A stretch of DNA of 45,248 bases from a virus. Taxonomy: Duplodnaviria; Heunggongvirae; Uroviricota; Caudoviricetes. Positions within the stretch are counted from its first letter, which is position 1; each line of letters starts with the position of its first letter. Shown here piece after piece: positions 17,141 to 26,100 of the stretch. The notes under the pieces are model-generated. The model saw nothing but the letters and a program-made list of their open reading frames with translations, was not told the DNA's origin and did no database searches. Made by a program: the position numbers and the translations under genes. The DNA lies in the IMG/VR virus record IMGVR_UViG_2529293151_000014; one strand, 5' to 3'.

Positions 17141-17499
17141 ACGAATATCAGTTTGTGCTTCCATACCCACCGTCGCTGAATACCTACTGGCGAAGACGGG
17201 GAAGCCAATACTACATCAGCGATAAAGGCCAGAAATACCGAAAAGACGTTCAGCAAATCATCCGCCAACTTAAGTTAGACATTTTCACCAAATCACGACT
17301 CCGCATCAAAGTCATCGCAGACGTTCCAGACTCCCGCCGCCGCGACCTCGACAACATCCTGAAAGGTTTACTCGACTCCCTTATCCACGCCGGATTTGCG
17401 GAAGACGACGAGCAATTCGATGACATTCGCGTAATTCGTGGTGTGAAAGTACCAGGCGGACGGCTTGGAATAAAAATCACCGAACTGGAGAACGTATGA
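17137..17499 (+). CDS. rusA: RusA-type Holliday junction resolvase
   Basis: 120-aa ORF MNEYQFVLPYPPSLNTYWRRRGSQYYISDKGQKYRKDV...DVPDSRRRDLDNILKGLLDSLIHAGF...; the PDxRRRDLDN motif is diagnostic of RusA. Confidence 0.9.
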   Translation: MNEYQFVLPYPPSLNTYWRRRGSQYYISDKGQKYRKDVQQIIRQLKLDIFTKSRLRIKVIADVPDSRRRDLDNILKGLLDSLIHAGFAEDDEQFDDIRVIRGVKVPGGRLGIKITELENV

Positions 17500-17684
17500 A
17501 CGCCACAATTCAAACGATACCAGAGCTTCTTATCCAGACACGAGGCAATCAGACCGAAGTGGCTAGGATGCTTTCCTGCGCAAGAGGAACAGTGCTTAAG
17601 TACAACCGAGACAGCAAAGGTGAGCGTCACATAATAGTTAACGGCGTCCTGATGGTCAAACAGGGCAAAAGGGGAAGGCCATGA
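17496..17684 (+). CDS. ninH: NinH
   Basis: 62-aa ORF ...GNQTEVARMLSCARGTVLKYNRD..., similar to lambda NinH (GNQTEVARRLKCSRGTVRKY). Confidence 0.8.
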   Translation: MNATIQTIPELLIQTRGNQTEVARMLSCARGTVLKYNRDSKGERHIIVNGVLMVKQGKRGRP

Positions 17685-18304
17685 GACTCGAAAGCGTAGC
17701 TAAATTTCATTCGCCAAAAAGCCCGATGATGAGCGACTCACCACGGGCCACGGCTTCTGACTCTCTTTCCGGTACTGATGTGATGGCTGCTATGGGGATG
17801 GCGCAATCACAAGCCGGATTCGGTATGGCTGCATTCTGCGGTAAGCATGAACTCAGCCAGAACGACAAACAAAAGGCTATCAACTATCTGATGCAATTTG
17901 CACACAAGGTATCGGGGAAATACCGTGGTGTGGCAAAGCTTGAAGGAAATACTAAGGCAAAGGTACTGCAAGTGCTCGCAACATTCGCTTATGCGGATTA
18001 TTGCCGTAGTGCCGCGACGCCGGGCGCAAGATGCAGAGATTGCCACGGTACAGGCCGTGCGGTTGATATAGCAAAAACAGAGCAGTGGGGGAGAGTTGTT
18101 GAGAAAGAATGCGGAAGATGCAAAGGTGTCGGCTATTCAAGGATGCCAGCAAGCGCAGCATATCGCGCTGTGACGATGCTAATCCCAAACCTTACCCAAC
18201 CCACCTGGTCACGCACTGTTAAGCCGCTGTATGACGCTCTGGTGGTGCAATGCCACAAGGAAGAGTCAATCGCAGACAACATTTTGAACGCGGTCACACG
18301 TTAG
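17681..18304 (+). CDS. Q: Late-gene antiterminator Q (lambda type)
   Basis: 207-aa ORF MRLESVAKFHSPKSPMMSDSPRATASDSLSGTDVMAAMGMAQSQAGFG..., essentially identical to lambda Q as recalled. Confidence 0.95.
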   Translation: MRLESVAKFHSPKSPMMSDSPRATASDSLSGTDVMAAMGMAQSQAGFGMAAFCGKHELSQNDKQKAINYLMQFAHKVSGKYRGVAKLEGNTKAKVLQVLATFAYADYCRSAATPGARCRDCHGTGRAVDIAKTEQWGRVVEKECGRCKGVGYSRMPASAAYRAVTMLIPNLTQPTWSRTVKPLYDALVVQCHKEESIADNILNAVTR

Positions 18305-18346
18305 CAGCATGATTGCCACGGATGGCAACATATTAACGGCATAATA

Positions 18347-18375
18347 TTGACTTTTTGAATAAAGTTGGGTAAATT
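18347..18375 (+). promoter_or_regulatory. Late promoter PR' (overlapping the Q-utilisation site)
   Basis: TTGACT (18347-18352), 17-nt spacer, TAAATT (18370-18375), in the context TTGACTTTTTGAATAAAGTTGGGTAAATTTGACTCAACGATGG, closely resembling lambda PR'. Confidence 0.7.
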
Positions 18376-18410
18376 TGACTCAACGATGGATAAATGCACT
18401 CGTTAAATAA

Positions 18411-18447
18411 AGCCCTGAGTTAATAGCTCGGGGCTTTTTGCGTTTTA
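18411..18447 (+). terminator. tR'-like rho-independent terminator
   Basis: Hairpin AGCCCTGAG-TTAATAG-CTCGGGGCT (one G-U pair) followed by TTTTTGCGTTTT, about 35 nt downstream of the PR' -10. Confidence 0.7.
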
Positions 18448-18627
18448 ATCACGACCTTTCTGAAAGCACATCAAACCAAATACCAGACAGACAAAAATAA
18501 TCACCTTATCCGCTGTGGCTACGGTGCGGTGTGCTTTGCATAAAAGAAAACCAGCGCAATGGCTGGCTTCGTGAAAGTGGGTGGCAAGAAGTTGTTGTCG
18601 ATTAAAAATAAATACAAGGAGTAGCTT

Positions 18628-19149
18628 ATGCTAAGCGAAACAGCGAAAGATATCGCAGGATATGAAGGTAAATACTCCGTAACTACTGATGGCCGCGTTT
18701 ATTCTCATTCGAGAGTTGATGCTCGTGGAAGGTTACAGAAGGGCAGATGGCTTAAGCCTGTTAATCATAGTGATGGTTACTTGTATGTAAATCTCCGCGA
18801 CAAAGGAGCACTTAAAAAACATTACATTCACAGGTTAGTGGCGGCTGCATTCATTGATAATCCAAACTCGCTTCCGCAGGTAAACCACATAAATGGAATC
18901 AAGTCTGACAACAGAGTAGATAATCTTGAGTGGGTTACTGGCTGCCAGAATATGGTCCATGCAAGCAAGTCAGGATTGCTAAACCCAATCAGTGGTGAGC
19001 GTCACTATTGTGCAAAACTCACTACTGAGCAAGTGAAAGAAATACGTGCGTGCAAATCAATGTCACAGCGTGAAATGGCGAGAATGTACGGCGTATCAAA
19101 AGCAACAATTGCAGGAATTCTTAACTATAAGACATGGGTTATTTATTAA
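18628..19149 (+). CDS. HNH homing endonuclease (free-standing)
   Basis: 173-aa ORF with SD AAGGAG. Motifs YEGKYSVTTDGRVYS (NUMOD4-like N-terminus) and HRLVAAAFIDNPNSLPQVNHINGIKSDNRVDNLEWVT (HNH_3). Inserted between tR' and the holin gene. Confidence 0.85.
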   Translation: MLSETAKDIAGYEGKYSVTTDGRVYSHSRVDARGRLQKGRWLKPVNHSDGYLYVNLRDKGALKKHYIHRLVAAAFIDNPNSLPQVNHINGIKSDNRVDNLEWVTGCQNMVHASKSGLLNPISGERHYCAKLTTEQVKEIRACKSMSQREMARMYGVSKATIAGILNYKTWVIY

Positions 19150-19376
19150 CTAATTAATTAAGAGCTCCCATTACAGGATGCATTTATGAGTGCATCCATT
19201 AATGGTCGTTAAATGCGATTGATATGGATACTGCGCAAACAGTATCCCTAATGGTCTCCTCGCGAAAACTGTGACGAGCAAACAGCGTTACCGCAAAATG
19301 TAGCCTGGATTTGTTCTATCAGTAATCGACCTTATTCCTAATTAAATAGAGCAAATCCCCTTATTGGGGGTAAGAC

Positions 19377-19700
19377 ATGAAGATGCCAGAAAAACATGAC
19401 CTGTTAGCCGCCATTCTCGCGGCAAAGGAACAAGGCATCGGGGCAATCCTTGCGTTTGCAATGGCGTACCTTCGCGGCAGATATAATGGCGGTGCGTTTA
19501 CAAAAACAGTAATCGACGCAACGATGTGCGCCATTATCGCCTGGTTCATTCGTGACCTTCTAGACTTCGCCGGACTAAGTAGCAATCTCGCTTATATAAC
19601 GAGCGTGTTCATCGGCTACATCGGTACTGACTCGATTGGTTCGCTTATCAAACGCTTCGCTGCTAAAAAAGCCGGAGTAGAAGATGGTGGAAATCAATAA
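19377..19700 (+). CDS. S: Holin S (class I, lambda S107/S105 dual start)
   Basis: 107-aa [65 protein letters not shown]..., near-identical to lambda S; upstream leader also matches lambda. Confidence 0.95.
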   Translation: MKMPEKHDLLAAILAAKEQGIGAILAFAMAYLRGRYNGGAFTKTVIDATMCAIIAWFIRDLLDFAGLSSNLAYITSVFIGYIGTDSIGSLIKRFAAKKAGVEDGGNQ

Positions 19701-20160
19701 TCAACGTAAGGCGTTCCTCGATATGCTGGCGTGGTCAGAGGGAACTGATAACGGACGTCAGAAAACCAGAAATCATGGTTATGACGTCATTGTTGGCGGA
19801 GAGCTATTCACTGATTACTCCGATCACCCTCGCAAACTTGTCACGCTAAACCCCAAACTCAAATCAACAGCAGCCGGTCGCTATCAGCTTCTTTCCCGTT
19901 GGTGGGATGCCTATCGTAAGCAGCTTGGTCTGAAAGACTTCTCTCCCAAAAGCCAGGACGCTGTTGCGCTGCAGCAGATTAAGGAACGTGGCGCTTTGCC
20001 GATGATTGATCGCGGTGATATTCGTCAGGCTATTGATCGTTGCAGCAATATCTGGGCTTCTTTGCCGGGTGCTGGTTACGGTCAGTTCGAGCATAAGGTT
20101 GACAGCCTGATTGCAAAATTCAAAGAAGCTGGCGGAACGGTCAGAGAGATTGAGGTATGA
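19684..20160 (+). CDS. R: Endolysin R (lytic transglycosylase, lambda type)
   Basis: 158-aa [53 protein letters not shown]..., matching lambda R. Confidence 0.95.
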   Translation: MVEINNQRKAFLDMLAWSEGTDNGRQKTRNHGYDVIVGGELFTDYSDHPRKLVTLNPKLKSTAAGRYQLLSRWWDAYRKQLGLKDFSPKSQDAVALQQIKERGALPMIDRGDIRQAIDRCSNIWASLPGAGYGQFEHKVDSLIAKFKEAGGTVREIEV

Positions 20161-20594
20161 GCAGAGTCACCGCGATTATCTCCGCTCTGGTTATCTGCAT
20201 CATCGTCAGCCTGTCATGGGCTGTTAATCATTACCGTGATAACGCCATCGCCTACAAAGATCAGCGTGATAAGGCCGCATCTATCATCGCTGACATGCAG
20301 AAGCGTCAACGTGATGTAGCAGAACTCGACGCCAGATACACAAAGGAGCTTGCTGATGCTAACGCGACTATCGAAAGTCTCCGTGCTGATGTTTCTGCTG
20401 GGCGTAAGCGCCTGCAAGTCGCCGCCACCTGTGCAAAGTCAACGACCGGAGCCAGCGGCATGGGCGATGGAGAAAGCCCAGGACTTACAGCAGATGCTGA
20501 ACTCAATTATTACCGTCTCCGAAGTGGAATCGACAGGATAACCGCGCAGGTTAACTACCTGCAGGAGTACATCAGGACTCAGTGCCTGAAATAA
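20157..20594 (+). CDS. Rz: Spanin inner-membrane subunit Rz
   Basis: 145-aa [42 protein letters not shown]... with N-terminal TM helix and coiled coil; N-terminus matches lambda Rz. Confidence 0.9.
   Translation: MSRVTAIISALVICIIVSLSWAVNHYRDNAIAYKDQRDKAASIIADMQKRQRDVAELDARYTKELADANATIESLRADVSAGRKRLQVAATCAKSTTGASGMGDGESPGLTADAELNYYRLRSGIDRITAQVNYLQEYIRTQCLK
20350..20541 (+). CDS. Rz1: Spanin outer-membrane lipoprotein Rz1 (embedded in Rz, +1 frame)
   Basis: 63-aa ORF entirely within Rz in the +1 frame. Signal peptide with lipobox-like LLGVSAC followed by the Pro-rich segment [16 protein letters not shown]. Confidence 0.7.
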   Translation: MLMLTRLSKVSVLMFLLGVSACKSPPPVQSQRPEPAAWAMEKAQDLQQMLNSIITVSEVESTG

Positions 20595-20626
20595 TTTTTT
20601 TGCAAATCACAAAGTCCATTTAATGA

Positions 20627-20652
20627 GCCTCGCGGTGCGGGGCTTTTTTATA
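20627..20652 (+). terminator. Rho-independent terminator after the lysis cassette
   Basis: Hairpin GCCTCGC-GGT-GCGGGGC (one G-U pair) followed by TTTTTTATAT, about 35 nt after the Rz stop. Confidence 0.55.
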
Positions 20653-20793
20653 TCTGAATTTCACAGCGCATCTCACGCGCATATTAACGAGAGCCTTTCA
20701 GTAAGCGAGCCTGAGAAATGCCGTTATAGGTGGCGACCTCTCTCGGGCGGCTTTTCTGTGAGACAGGCTCACTTTCTAAAAGGTAAAGACGCT

Positions 20794-21282
20794 ATGAACC
20801 AATTAGAAGAAAAGCTTCAAAGAATGATTTCCTTATACAAGGAAGATAACTGCCAAAAAGTTCCTGAAAACATCGCAGAGTTAATGGAATTGGCAAGTGA
20901 ATTTTCTGGCATGCTTAAGTCGTCAGGTGTTCGGTCAGCGTTCTTTGTTGAAATGCTGATGCACGGCGGACTTATGGCAACAATGAGACGTGTAATGGAA
21001 GACCAGAGAAAAGAACCTCCTCAGGTATACGTTTTGTCATCGAAGAAAACTGGGCTAACCAAAATTGGGTATTCATCCAACATTCCACAACGCATCAAAT
21101 CGCTTGGCAACTCTGGACCAGACTGTTTGAAGCTTGAGTGCCTGATCCCTGGTGGAAGAGAAGCTGAAAACATGCTTCATCGCAAATTTGCCGCAAAGAG
21201 AAAGCACGGTGAATGGTTCGCCCTGTCCAAGGATGACATTGAGGGGTTGAAATCTGTAGCGCTTACTTCTGATGGCTATTAA
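20794..21282 (+). CDS. T5orf172 / GIY-YIG-like domain protein (moron gene)
   Basis: Start placed at the internal ATG 20794 (MNQLEEK...) because the longer track ORF from 20623 would include the terminator. C-terminal region VYVLSSKKTGLTKIGYSSNIPQRIKSL...HRKFAAKRKHGEWFAL fits the T5orf172 pattern (KIG-T/S...R...GEWF). Confidence 0.7.
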   Translation: MNQLEEKLQRMISLYKEDNCQKVPENIAELMELASEFSGMLKSSGVRSAFFVEMLMHGGLMATMRRVMEDQRKEPPQVYVLSSKKTGLTKIGYSSNIPQRIKSLGNSGPDCLKLECLIPGGREAENMLHRKFAAKRKHGEWFALSKDDIEGLKSVALTSDGY

Positions 21283-21539
21283 TGCTTGTTTAGAGCAATT
21301 TTCATAACAGCTCTTCATTACAAAGCCCATCTACGGGTGGGCTTGATAATGAAACCGGAATTTATTCTGGGCAACCAGTTACGGCAGTACAGCGAAACAA
21401 CCCAAGCCAGAAAGTGGGGAAATAACACTGGCAGCCACTGAAAGATGAACCTCCTGCCTGATGGCAAAAAAGATTCTTTGTGGTGGCGGACTGATGGAAA
21501 GACATCCTAATCAAGCAACCACTCTACAGGGTCATAATT

Positions 21540-21896
21540 ATGAACGACCAGCAAATCGAAAAAGAAATCGTTGAGAAAGGCAAAACGGCGCCGCGCGTTA
21601 CGCCTCAATATATCGAAAGCATCATTCTTGAAGAGCATTTCTTTACTGCTTATGACGGCATTCGTGCTGCCAATATGGGCGTTGGCGATTCATGGACAGC
21701 GCATAAATCTACAGACCTCCTGACTTTCTGCGTACTGGTGCTGAAGAATGGCTTCACCGTCACCGGAGAGAGTGCCTGTGCAAGCCCGGAAAACTTTGAT
21801 GCAGAAATCGGTCGGAAGATTGCCCGGCAAAATGCTGTAAACAAAATCTGGATGCTCGAAGGTTACTTGCTGAAGCAGAAGCTAAGCGAACAGTAG
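21540..21896 (+). CDS. Conserved hypothetical phage protein
   Basis: 118-aa ORF MNDQQIEKEIVEKGKTAPRVTPQYIESIILEEHFFTAYDG... on the late-operon strand; flanked by two related hairpin elements. Family not confidently assigned. Confidence 0.8.
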   Translation: MNDQQIEKEIVEKGKTAPRVTPQYIESIILEEHFFTAYDGIRAANMGVGDSWTAHKSTDLLTFCVLVLKNGFTVTGESACASPENFDAEIGRKIARQNAVNKIWMLEGYLLKQKLSEQ

Positions 21897-22001
21897 TTAT
21901 TACAAAAGCCATTCCCTACAGAGTGGCTTTGATAATGGCTTATACCCTACACGGGATAACTTAACTGATATCCCTTTTAACGGATAAACGGAGCACAAAT
22001 A

Positions 22002-22499
22002 ATGGCAAAGCTCACCGACAAACAAGAGCTGTTTGCCCATCCGGATGATGTGTATGTCGGAGAGTGTGTGATTTATACCGGCTACATAAATAAGCGAGGG
22101 TATGGGCAGAAGCACATTTCACGAAAGCCGCACTACGCACATCGAATCGCATACTGCGAAGCTAACGGAATTTCGCTAGATAGCATCAAGGACCTTGTTG
22201 TTAGGCATAAATGCGATAATCCATCATGCGTGAATCCTGACCATCTGATTATAGGTACTGTCGCTGACAATAATCGTGACAGGTCAAGGCGAGGCAGAAA
22301 CTCATACCCTGACCGTTCAGGTGAAAAGAACGGAATGGCGAAATTAAAAGAGTGCGATGTCATCTGCATTCGCCGCGAGTATGTGCGCGGGAGTGTAGGT
22401 AATGGGCTTAGGTCTTTAGCAAAGAGATATGGCGTATCCACTACCATGATTGCTGACATCGTTAATCATAGAAATTGGAGCAATGTTTCGGAGGTGTGA
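22002..22499 (+). CDS. HNH endonuclease adjacent to terminase
   Basis: 165-aa ORF with HNH motif AHRIAYCEANGISLDSIKDLVVRHKCDNPSCVNPDHLIIGT, located immediately upstream of the terminase small subunit. Confidence 0.85.
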   Translation: MAKLTDKQELFAHPDDVYVGECVIYTGYINKRGYGQKHISRKPHYAHRIAYCEANGISLDSIKDLVVRHKCDNPSCVNPDHLIIGTVADNNRDRSRRGRNSYPDRSGEKNGMAKLKECDVICIRREYVRGSVGNGLRSLAKRYGVSTTMIADIVNHRNWSNVSEV

Positions 22500-22500
22500 T

Positions 22501-23091
22501 TTGAAACAGCTCACACCTAAGCAGGAACTGTTCTGCAGGGAATATTTAAAAGATTTAAACGCCACTCAGGCAGCTATCAGGGCGGGTTACAGCGAGAAAA
22601 CTGCTCGCGCCACTGGTAGCGAGAACCTGTCAAAACCTGACATAGCAGATCGCATTGCTGAGCTAAAGGCTGAACGCAATGAAGAGGTAGGTATAGACGC
22701 TGCCTATGTATTGCGACGGCTGACTGAAATCGATCAGATGGACGTGCTTGACATTCTGCTTGCCAATGGCGAACTGAAGCCGATTAAAGACTGGCCTAAG
22801 GTATGGCGCACAACGCTATCAGGAATGGATGTCGTGGAGATGGTATCCGCAGATAGCGCCGCACTTCTGAAGAAAATCAAATGGCCTGATAAGGTTAAAA
22901 ACCTCGAACTTCTTGGCAAGCATGTTTCTGTTCAGGCGTTTAAAGAGCAAACATCTACAGAAATAACTGGCGTTGATGGCGGTCCTGTTCGTTATGCCGA
23001 TATGTCAGAAGAGTTACTTGAAGAGAAACTGAAGGAGCTTGGTAATGGCAGGCGCTCCAATCAGCTTGAATCGAAACGCTCAGATTTATGA
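22501..23091 (+). CDS. Terminase small subunit (Terminase_2-like HTH)
   Basis: In-frame TTG at 22501 with strong SD GGAGG 6 nt upstream (alternative ATG at 22483 has poor SD spacing). Product ...KQLTPKQELFCREYLKDLNATQAAIRAGYSEKTARATGSENLSKPDIADRI has the N-terminal HTH typical of small terminase subunits. Confidence 0.75.
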   Translation: MKQLTPKQELFCREYLKDLNATQAAIRAGYSEKTARATGSENLSKPDIADRIAELKAERNEEVGIDAAYVLRRLTEIDQMDVLDILLANGELKPIKDWPKVWRTTLSGMDVVEMVSADSAALLKKIKWPDKVKNLELLGKHVSVQAFKEQTSTEITGVDGGPVRYADMSEELLEEKLKELGNGRRSNQLESKRSDL

Positions 23092-24565
23092 GTTGCACAA
23101 AGAGCTAGCTATCCGCTCAGCAAGAAAAAACCTTCTCGATTTCACTTTGTACACTAACCCCCAATATGAAACAGGCTGGTTTAACGAGCTGCTTTGTGCT
23201 GAGCTGGATTACTTTCTGGATGAAGTTAAAGCCGGAAACATGCCCAGGCTAATGGTGTTTGCCCCTCCGCGCTCAGGAAAGAGTGAGTTGTGCTCTCGCC
23301 GCTTCCCAGCGTATGTGTTAGGGCAGCATCCATCATGGAACATTATCTCGTGCTCATATTCTTCTGACCTGTCAGACCGAATGAGCCGTGACGTTAAACG
23401 CATTATCACCTCTGACAAGTACGCTGATGTTTTCCCTGACGTGAAAATACCTTCAGGACGCAGTTTGGCGGGAGGCATCAACAAAACCGAGCTATGGGAA
23501 CCAGTTGATGCCAAGGGCGAACTACACGGCGGCTCATATCGTTCTGCTGGCGTTAACGGTGGTATCACCGGTCAGGGTATGAATATTGGGGTTATTGATG
23601 ACCCCGCGAAAGATTACAAAACCGCATCGTCTCCAACTTACCAGGAAGCGGTGATGGACTGGTATGACACGACATTCTTCACGCGTGTTGACCCGAAGAT
23701 AAACGGAATTGTCATCATCCTGACACGCTGGCATCAAAACGATCTCGCCGGACAGTTATTAAAACTAGCTGAAGAGGGCGGGGAACGCTGGCGCGTAGTT
23801 AGCTTCCCAATGGAGGCTGAAAAGGAAGAGATTCATGAACTCAACGGTAATGTGTATCGACTGCGCAATCCCGGTGAAATTCTGTTTCCTGAGCGCATGC
23901 CGAGAGAGTTCGTAGAGAAGTGCAAACAGCGCGGTTCTCTTGTATGGAATGCCCTTTATCAGCAACGACCAACCGCCAAAGGCGGGGGGCTTATTAAGTC
24001 TGAATGGTTTGGTGAATATTCGGTACTCCCTCCCATGCAATGGCGTGCCGTCTATGGAGACACCGCACAGAAAACAAAAGAGGTCAACGACTTCTCAGTA
24101 TTCGAGCACTGGGGGCTTGGTACTGACGGGTACATCTATCTGATCGATATGATTCGCGGTAAATGGGAGGCCGATGAATTACAACGCCGTGCTGTTGCAT
24201 TCTGGGAAAAGTGCAAAACTCTGAAGAATGGGCCGCTTCGCCACATGGCGATAGAGGACAAGTCATCTGGCACAGGCCTGATACAGAACATCCGAAAAAA
24301 AGCGATATGCCCCATCAAAGCAATTCAGCGCGATAAGGATAAGTATACGCGACTGATGGACGTACAGGGTTATATCGAGTCCGGTTACATCAAGTTGCCC
24401 AGCAGCGCACCATTCATCAACGACTTCCTCGTTGAGATGGAAGCCATTAATCCTGATTTCAATACGCACGACGACCAGCTTGATCCGATGATGGATGCCA
24501 TCGATGAGATGAAAAATGGCAATGGTCCGTTACGTATATCTGAAGACCTTTTGAGGCTCGCATAG
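23045..24565 (+). CDS. Terminase large subunit
   Basis: ATG at 23045 with SD AAGGAG 7 nt upstream (the track ORF begins at an upstream TTG, 23039). Walker A-like VFAPPRSGKSE and a C-terminal nuclease-like region. Confidence 0.9.
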   Translation: MAGAPISLNRNAQIYELHKELAIRSARKNLLDFTLYTNPQYETGWFNELLCAELDYFLDEVKAGNMPRLMVFAPPRSGKSELCSRRFPAYVLGQHPSWNIISCSYSSDLSDRMSRDVKRIITSDKYADVFPDVKIPSGRSLAGGINKTELWEPVDAKGELHGGSYRSAGVNGGITGQGMNIGVIDDPAKDYKTASSPTYQEAVMDWYDTTFFTRVDPKINGIVIILTRWHQNDLAGQLLKLAEEGGERWRVVSFPMEAEKEEIHELNGNVYRLRNPGEILFPERMPREFVEKCKQRGSLVWNALYQQRPTAKGGGLIKSEWFGEYSVLPPMQWRAVYGDTAQKTKEVNDFSVFEHWGLGTDGYIYLIDMIRGKWEADELQRRAVAFWEKCKTLKNGPLRHMAIEDKSSGTGLIQNIRKKAICPIKAIQRDKDKYTRLMDVQGYIESGYIKLPSSAPFINDFLVEMEAINPDFNTHDDQLDPMMDAIDEMKNGNGPLRISEDLLRLA

Positions 24566-25014
24566 TGTTTAATTTTTTGAGAAAGAAAAAATCTGAGCCT
24601 CAGAAAGAAGAGGCGAAACAGCCAATGTCTCTGGCGAATGTTCTTGCGATTATTAACGAACATGAGCGAATTAAAAATGAAGGCGAGGCATTGCGTAGAA
24701 TTGAGAGATACGTACCCCCGCCAGGCGTTATTCCTGAACATATTGGGGAGTCAGCTCTGGCGATGGACTCCACGCCGTACAGTTACCTTAACTCAGCAAA
24801 CATCACTTCATATGGCTACGGTGGATTTCCTGGCTACCCATATCTGTCTCAACTTGCTCAGTTGCCGGAGTATCGCAAGATTACTGGCACGATAGCAGAA
24901 GAGATGACGCGAAAATGGATTGAGCTGAAGCATGTAGGTAAAGACGATGGTGACGACAAGGCCGATAAGATTCGTCAGCTTGACGACGCATTAAAGCGTT
25001 TCAGAGTGCGATAG
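24565..25014 (+). CDS. Portal protein, N-terminal fragment (ends at an in-frame amber codon)
   Basis: 149-aa ORF MFNFLRKKKSEPQKEEAKQPMSLANVLAIINEHERIKNEGEALRRIERYVPPPG...; ATG overlaps the terminase stop. Confidence 0.6.
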   Translation: MFNFLRKKKSEPQKEEAKQPMSLANVLAIINEHERIKNEGEALRRIERYVPPPGVIPEHIGESALAMDSTPYSYLNSANITSYGYGGFPGYPYLSQLAQLPEYRKITGTIAEEMTRKWIELKHVGKDDGDDKADKIRQLDDALKRFRVR

Positions 25015-25074
25015 AAGTTTCGCGAGGCGGCGGAACATGATGGTTACTTCGGGCGCGGACAGATTTATATCGAC

Positions 25075-26100
25075 GTGAAGACGCCAAGCGGTAACTCAGC
25101 CTGGCTGGTTCCCGACGAACTGGATAAGAAGCTCTATATCAGCCCGCGCAAGATTACCAAAGGAAGCCTGAATGGTTTCCGTGTTATCGAGGCCATGTGG
25201 ACATACCCTGGTGTGTATAACGCTGATAACCCTCTAAGCCCTGACTTCTTCAATCCATCTGAATGGTATGTCATGGGGCGCACGGTTCACGCCAGTCGCA
25301 TGTTGACAATGATTTCTCGCCAGGTGCCAGACATTCTCAAAGCGGCGTACAACTTCGGCGGCTTGTCGCTTAGTCAGATGGCAGAGCCATATGTGCAAAA
25401 CTGGCTGAGAACACGTGACAGCGTTAGCGATCTGGTTCATTCGTTTGTGGTCTACGGGCTGAAGACGAACATGCAGAATGCCTTGTCTGGAATTGCAGAC
25501 TCAAACCTGTTTATGCGTGCCGAGCTCTTCAATAAGGTTCGCGACAATCGCGGAATGTTCCTTATTGATAAGGATGCGGAAGAATTCTTCCAGTTTGTGA
25601 CAAGTCTGTCCGGAGTCGATGCTCTTCAGGCGCAAGCACAGGAACAAATGGCATCGGTATCAAGCATTCCCCTGGTTAAGCTCCTTGGCATCACTCCTAA
25701 CGGGCTAAACGCGTCATCTGATGGAGAAATCCGCGTCTTCTATGACTCAATCCACGCCATGCAGGAGAATCTGTTCAGAGTACCACTGAAAACAGTACTG
25801 GATGTTATCCAGTTAAACGAATTTGGCGAGATTGACCCTGACATTGATTTTGAATTCCTGCCGCTGTACGAGCTTACAGAAGCAGAGAAAGCCGAGATCA
25901 TGAAACATCAGTCTGAGGCTGATAAGAACTATGCCGAAGCTGGCGTGTTCGACCTTGATGCAATAAGAAGCATGCGCCAGTCGGATAAGGCCAGCCCATA
26001 CCACATGATGGAATCTGAATATGACGAAGAAGAGCACGAAAACGAGTCCGTCGAAGAAGGATTCGAAGACCCGGAAAACCCTTCGTCCAGTCAGAGCTAA
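25075..26100 (+). CDS. Portal protein, C-terminal fragment
   Basis: 341-aa track ORF beginning at a GTG with no SD; the frame is open back to the TAG at 25012, so this is probably the continuation of the upstream ORF. Acidic C-terminal tail [22 protein letters not shown]. Confidence 0.55.
   Translation: MKTPSGNSAWLVPDELDKKLYISPRKITKGSLNGFRVIEAMWTYPGVYNADNPLSPDFFNPSEWYVMGRTVHASRMLTMISRQVPDILKAAYNFGGLSLSQMAEPYVQNWLRTRDSVSDLVHSFVVYGLKTNMQNALSGIADSNLFMRAELFNKVRDNRGMFLIDKDAEEFFQFVTSLSGVDALQAQAQEQMASVSSIPLVKLLGITPNGLNASSDGEIRVFYDSIHAMQENLFRVPLKTVLDVIQLNEFGEIDPDIDFEFLPLYELTEAEKAEIMKHQSEADKNYAEAGVFDLDAIRSMRQSDKASPYHMMESEYDEEEHENESVEEGFEDPENPSSSQS

Larger units (their letters stand above)
24565..26100 (+). 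pseudogene. Putative portal protein reading frame interrupted by a single in-frame TAG at 25012-25014
   Basis: ORFs 24565..25014 and 25075..26100 are in the same frame and separated only by one TAG; the 60 nt between them are open in that frame. Combined length about 511 codons, typical of a portal, and positioned directly after the terminase large subunit. Confidence 0.6.

Noticed and set aside
19150..19190. Three-frame stop string TAACTAATTAATTAA followed by GAGCTC and ATGCAT (restriction-site-like sequences) directly after the HNH gene, which could suggest an engineered construct.
   Set aside because: The region is AT-rich and the HNH insert is flanked on both sides by sequence that otherwise resembles natural lambda Q-S intergenic DNA. 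Short AT-rich sites and multi-frame stops are common at natural homing endonuclease insertion boundaries, so there is no strong evidence of engineering.
18304..19376. Looked for toxin (Stx-like) or tRNA cargo in the Q-S interval.
   Set aside because: Only the HNH endonuclease ORF is present; no tRNA-like cloverleaf or toxin-like ORF was seen.
20623..20793. Longer N-terminal extension of the T5orf172-like ORF (track ORF starts at 20623).
   Set aside because: The extension would begin inside the terminator hairpin that follows Rz and has no SD, so the internal ATG at 20794 is preferred.
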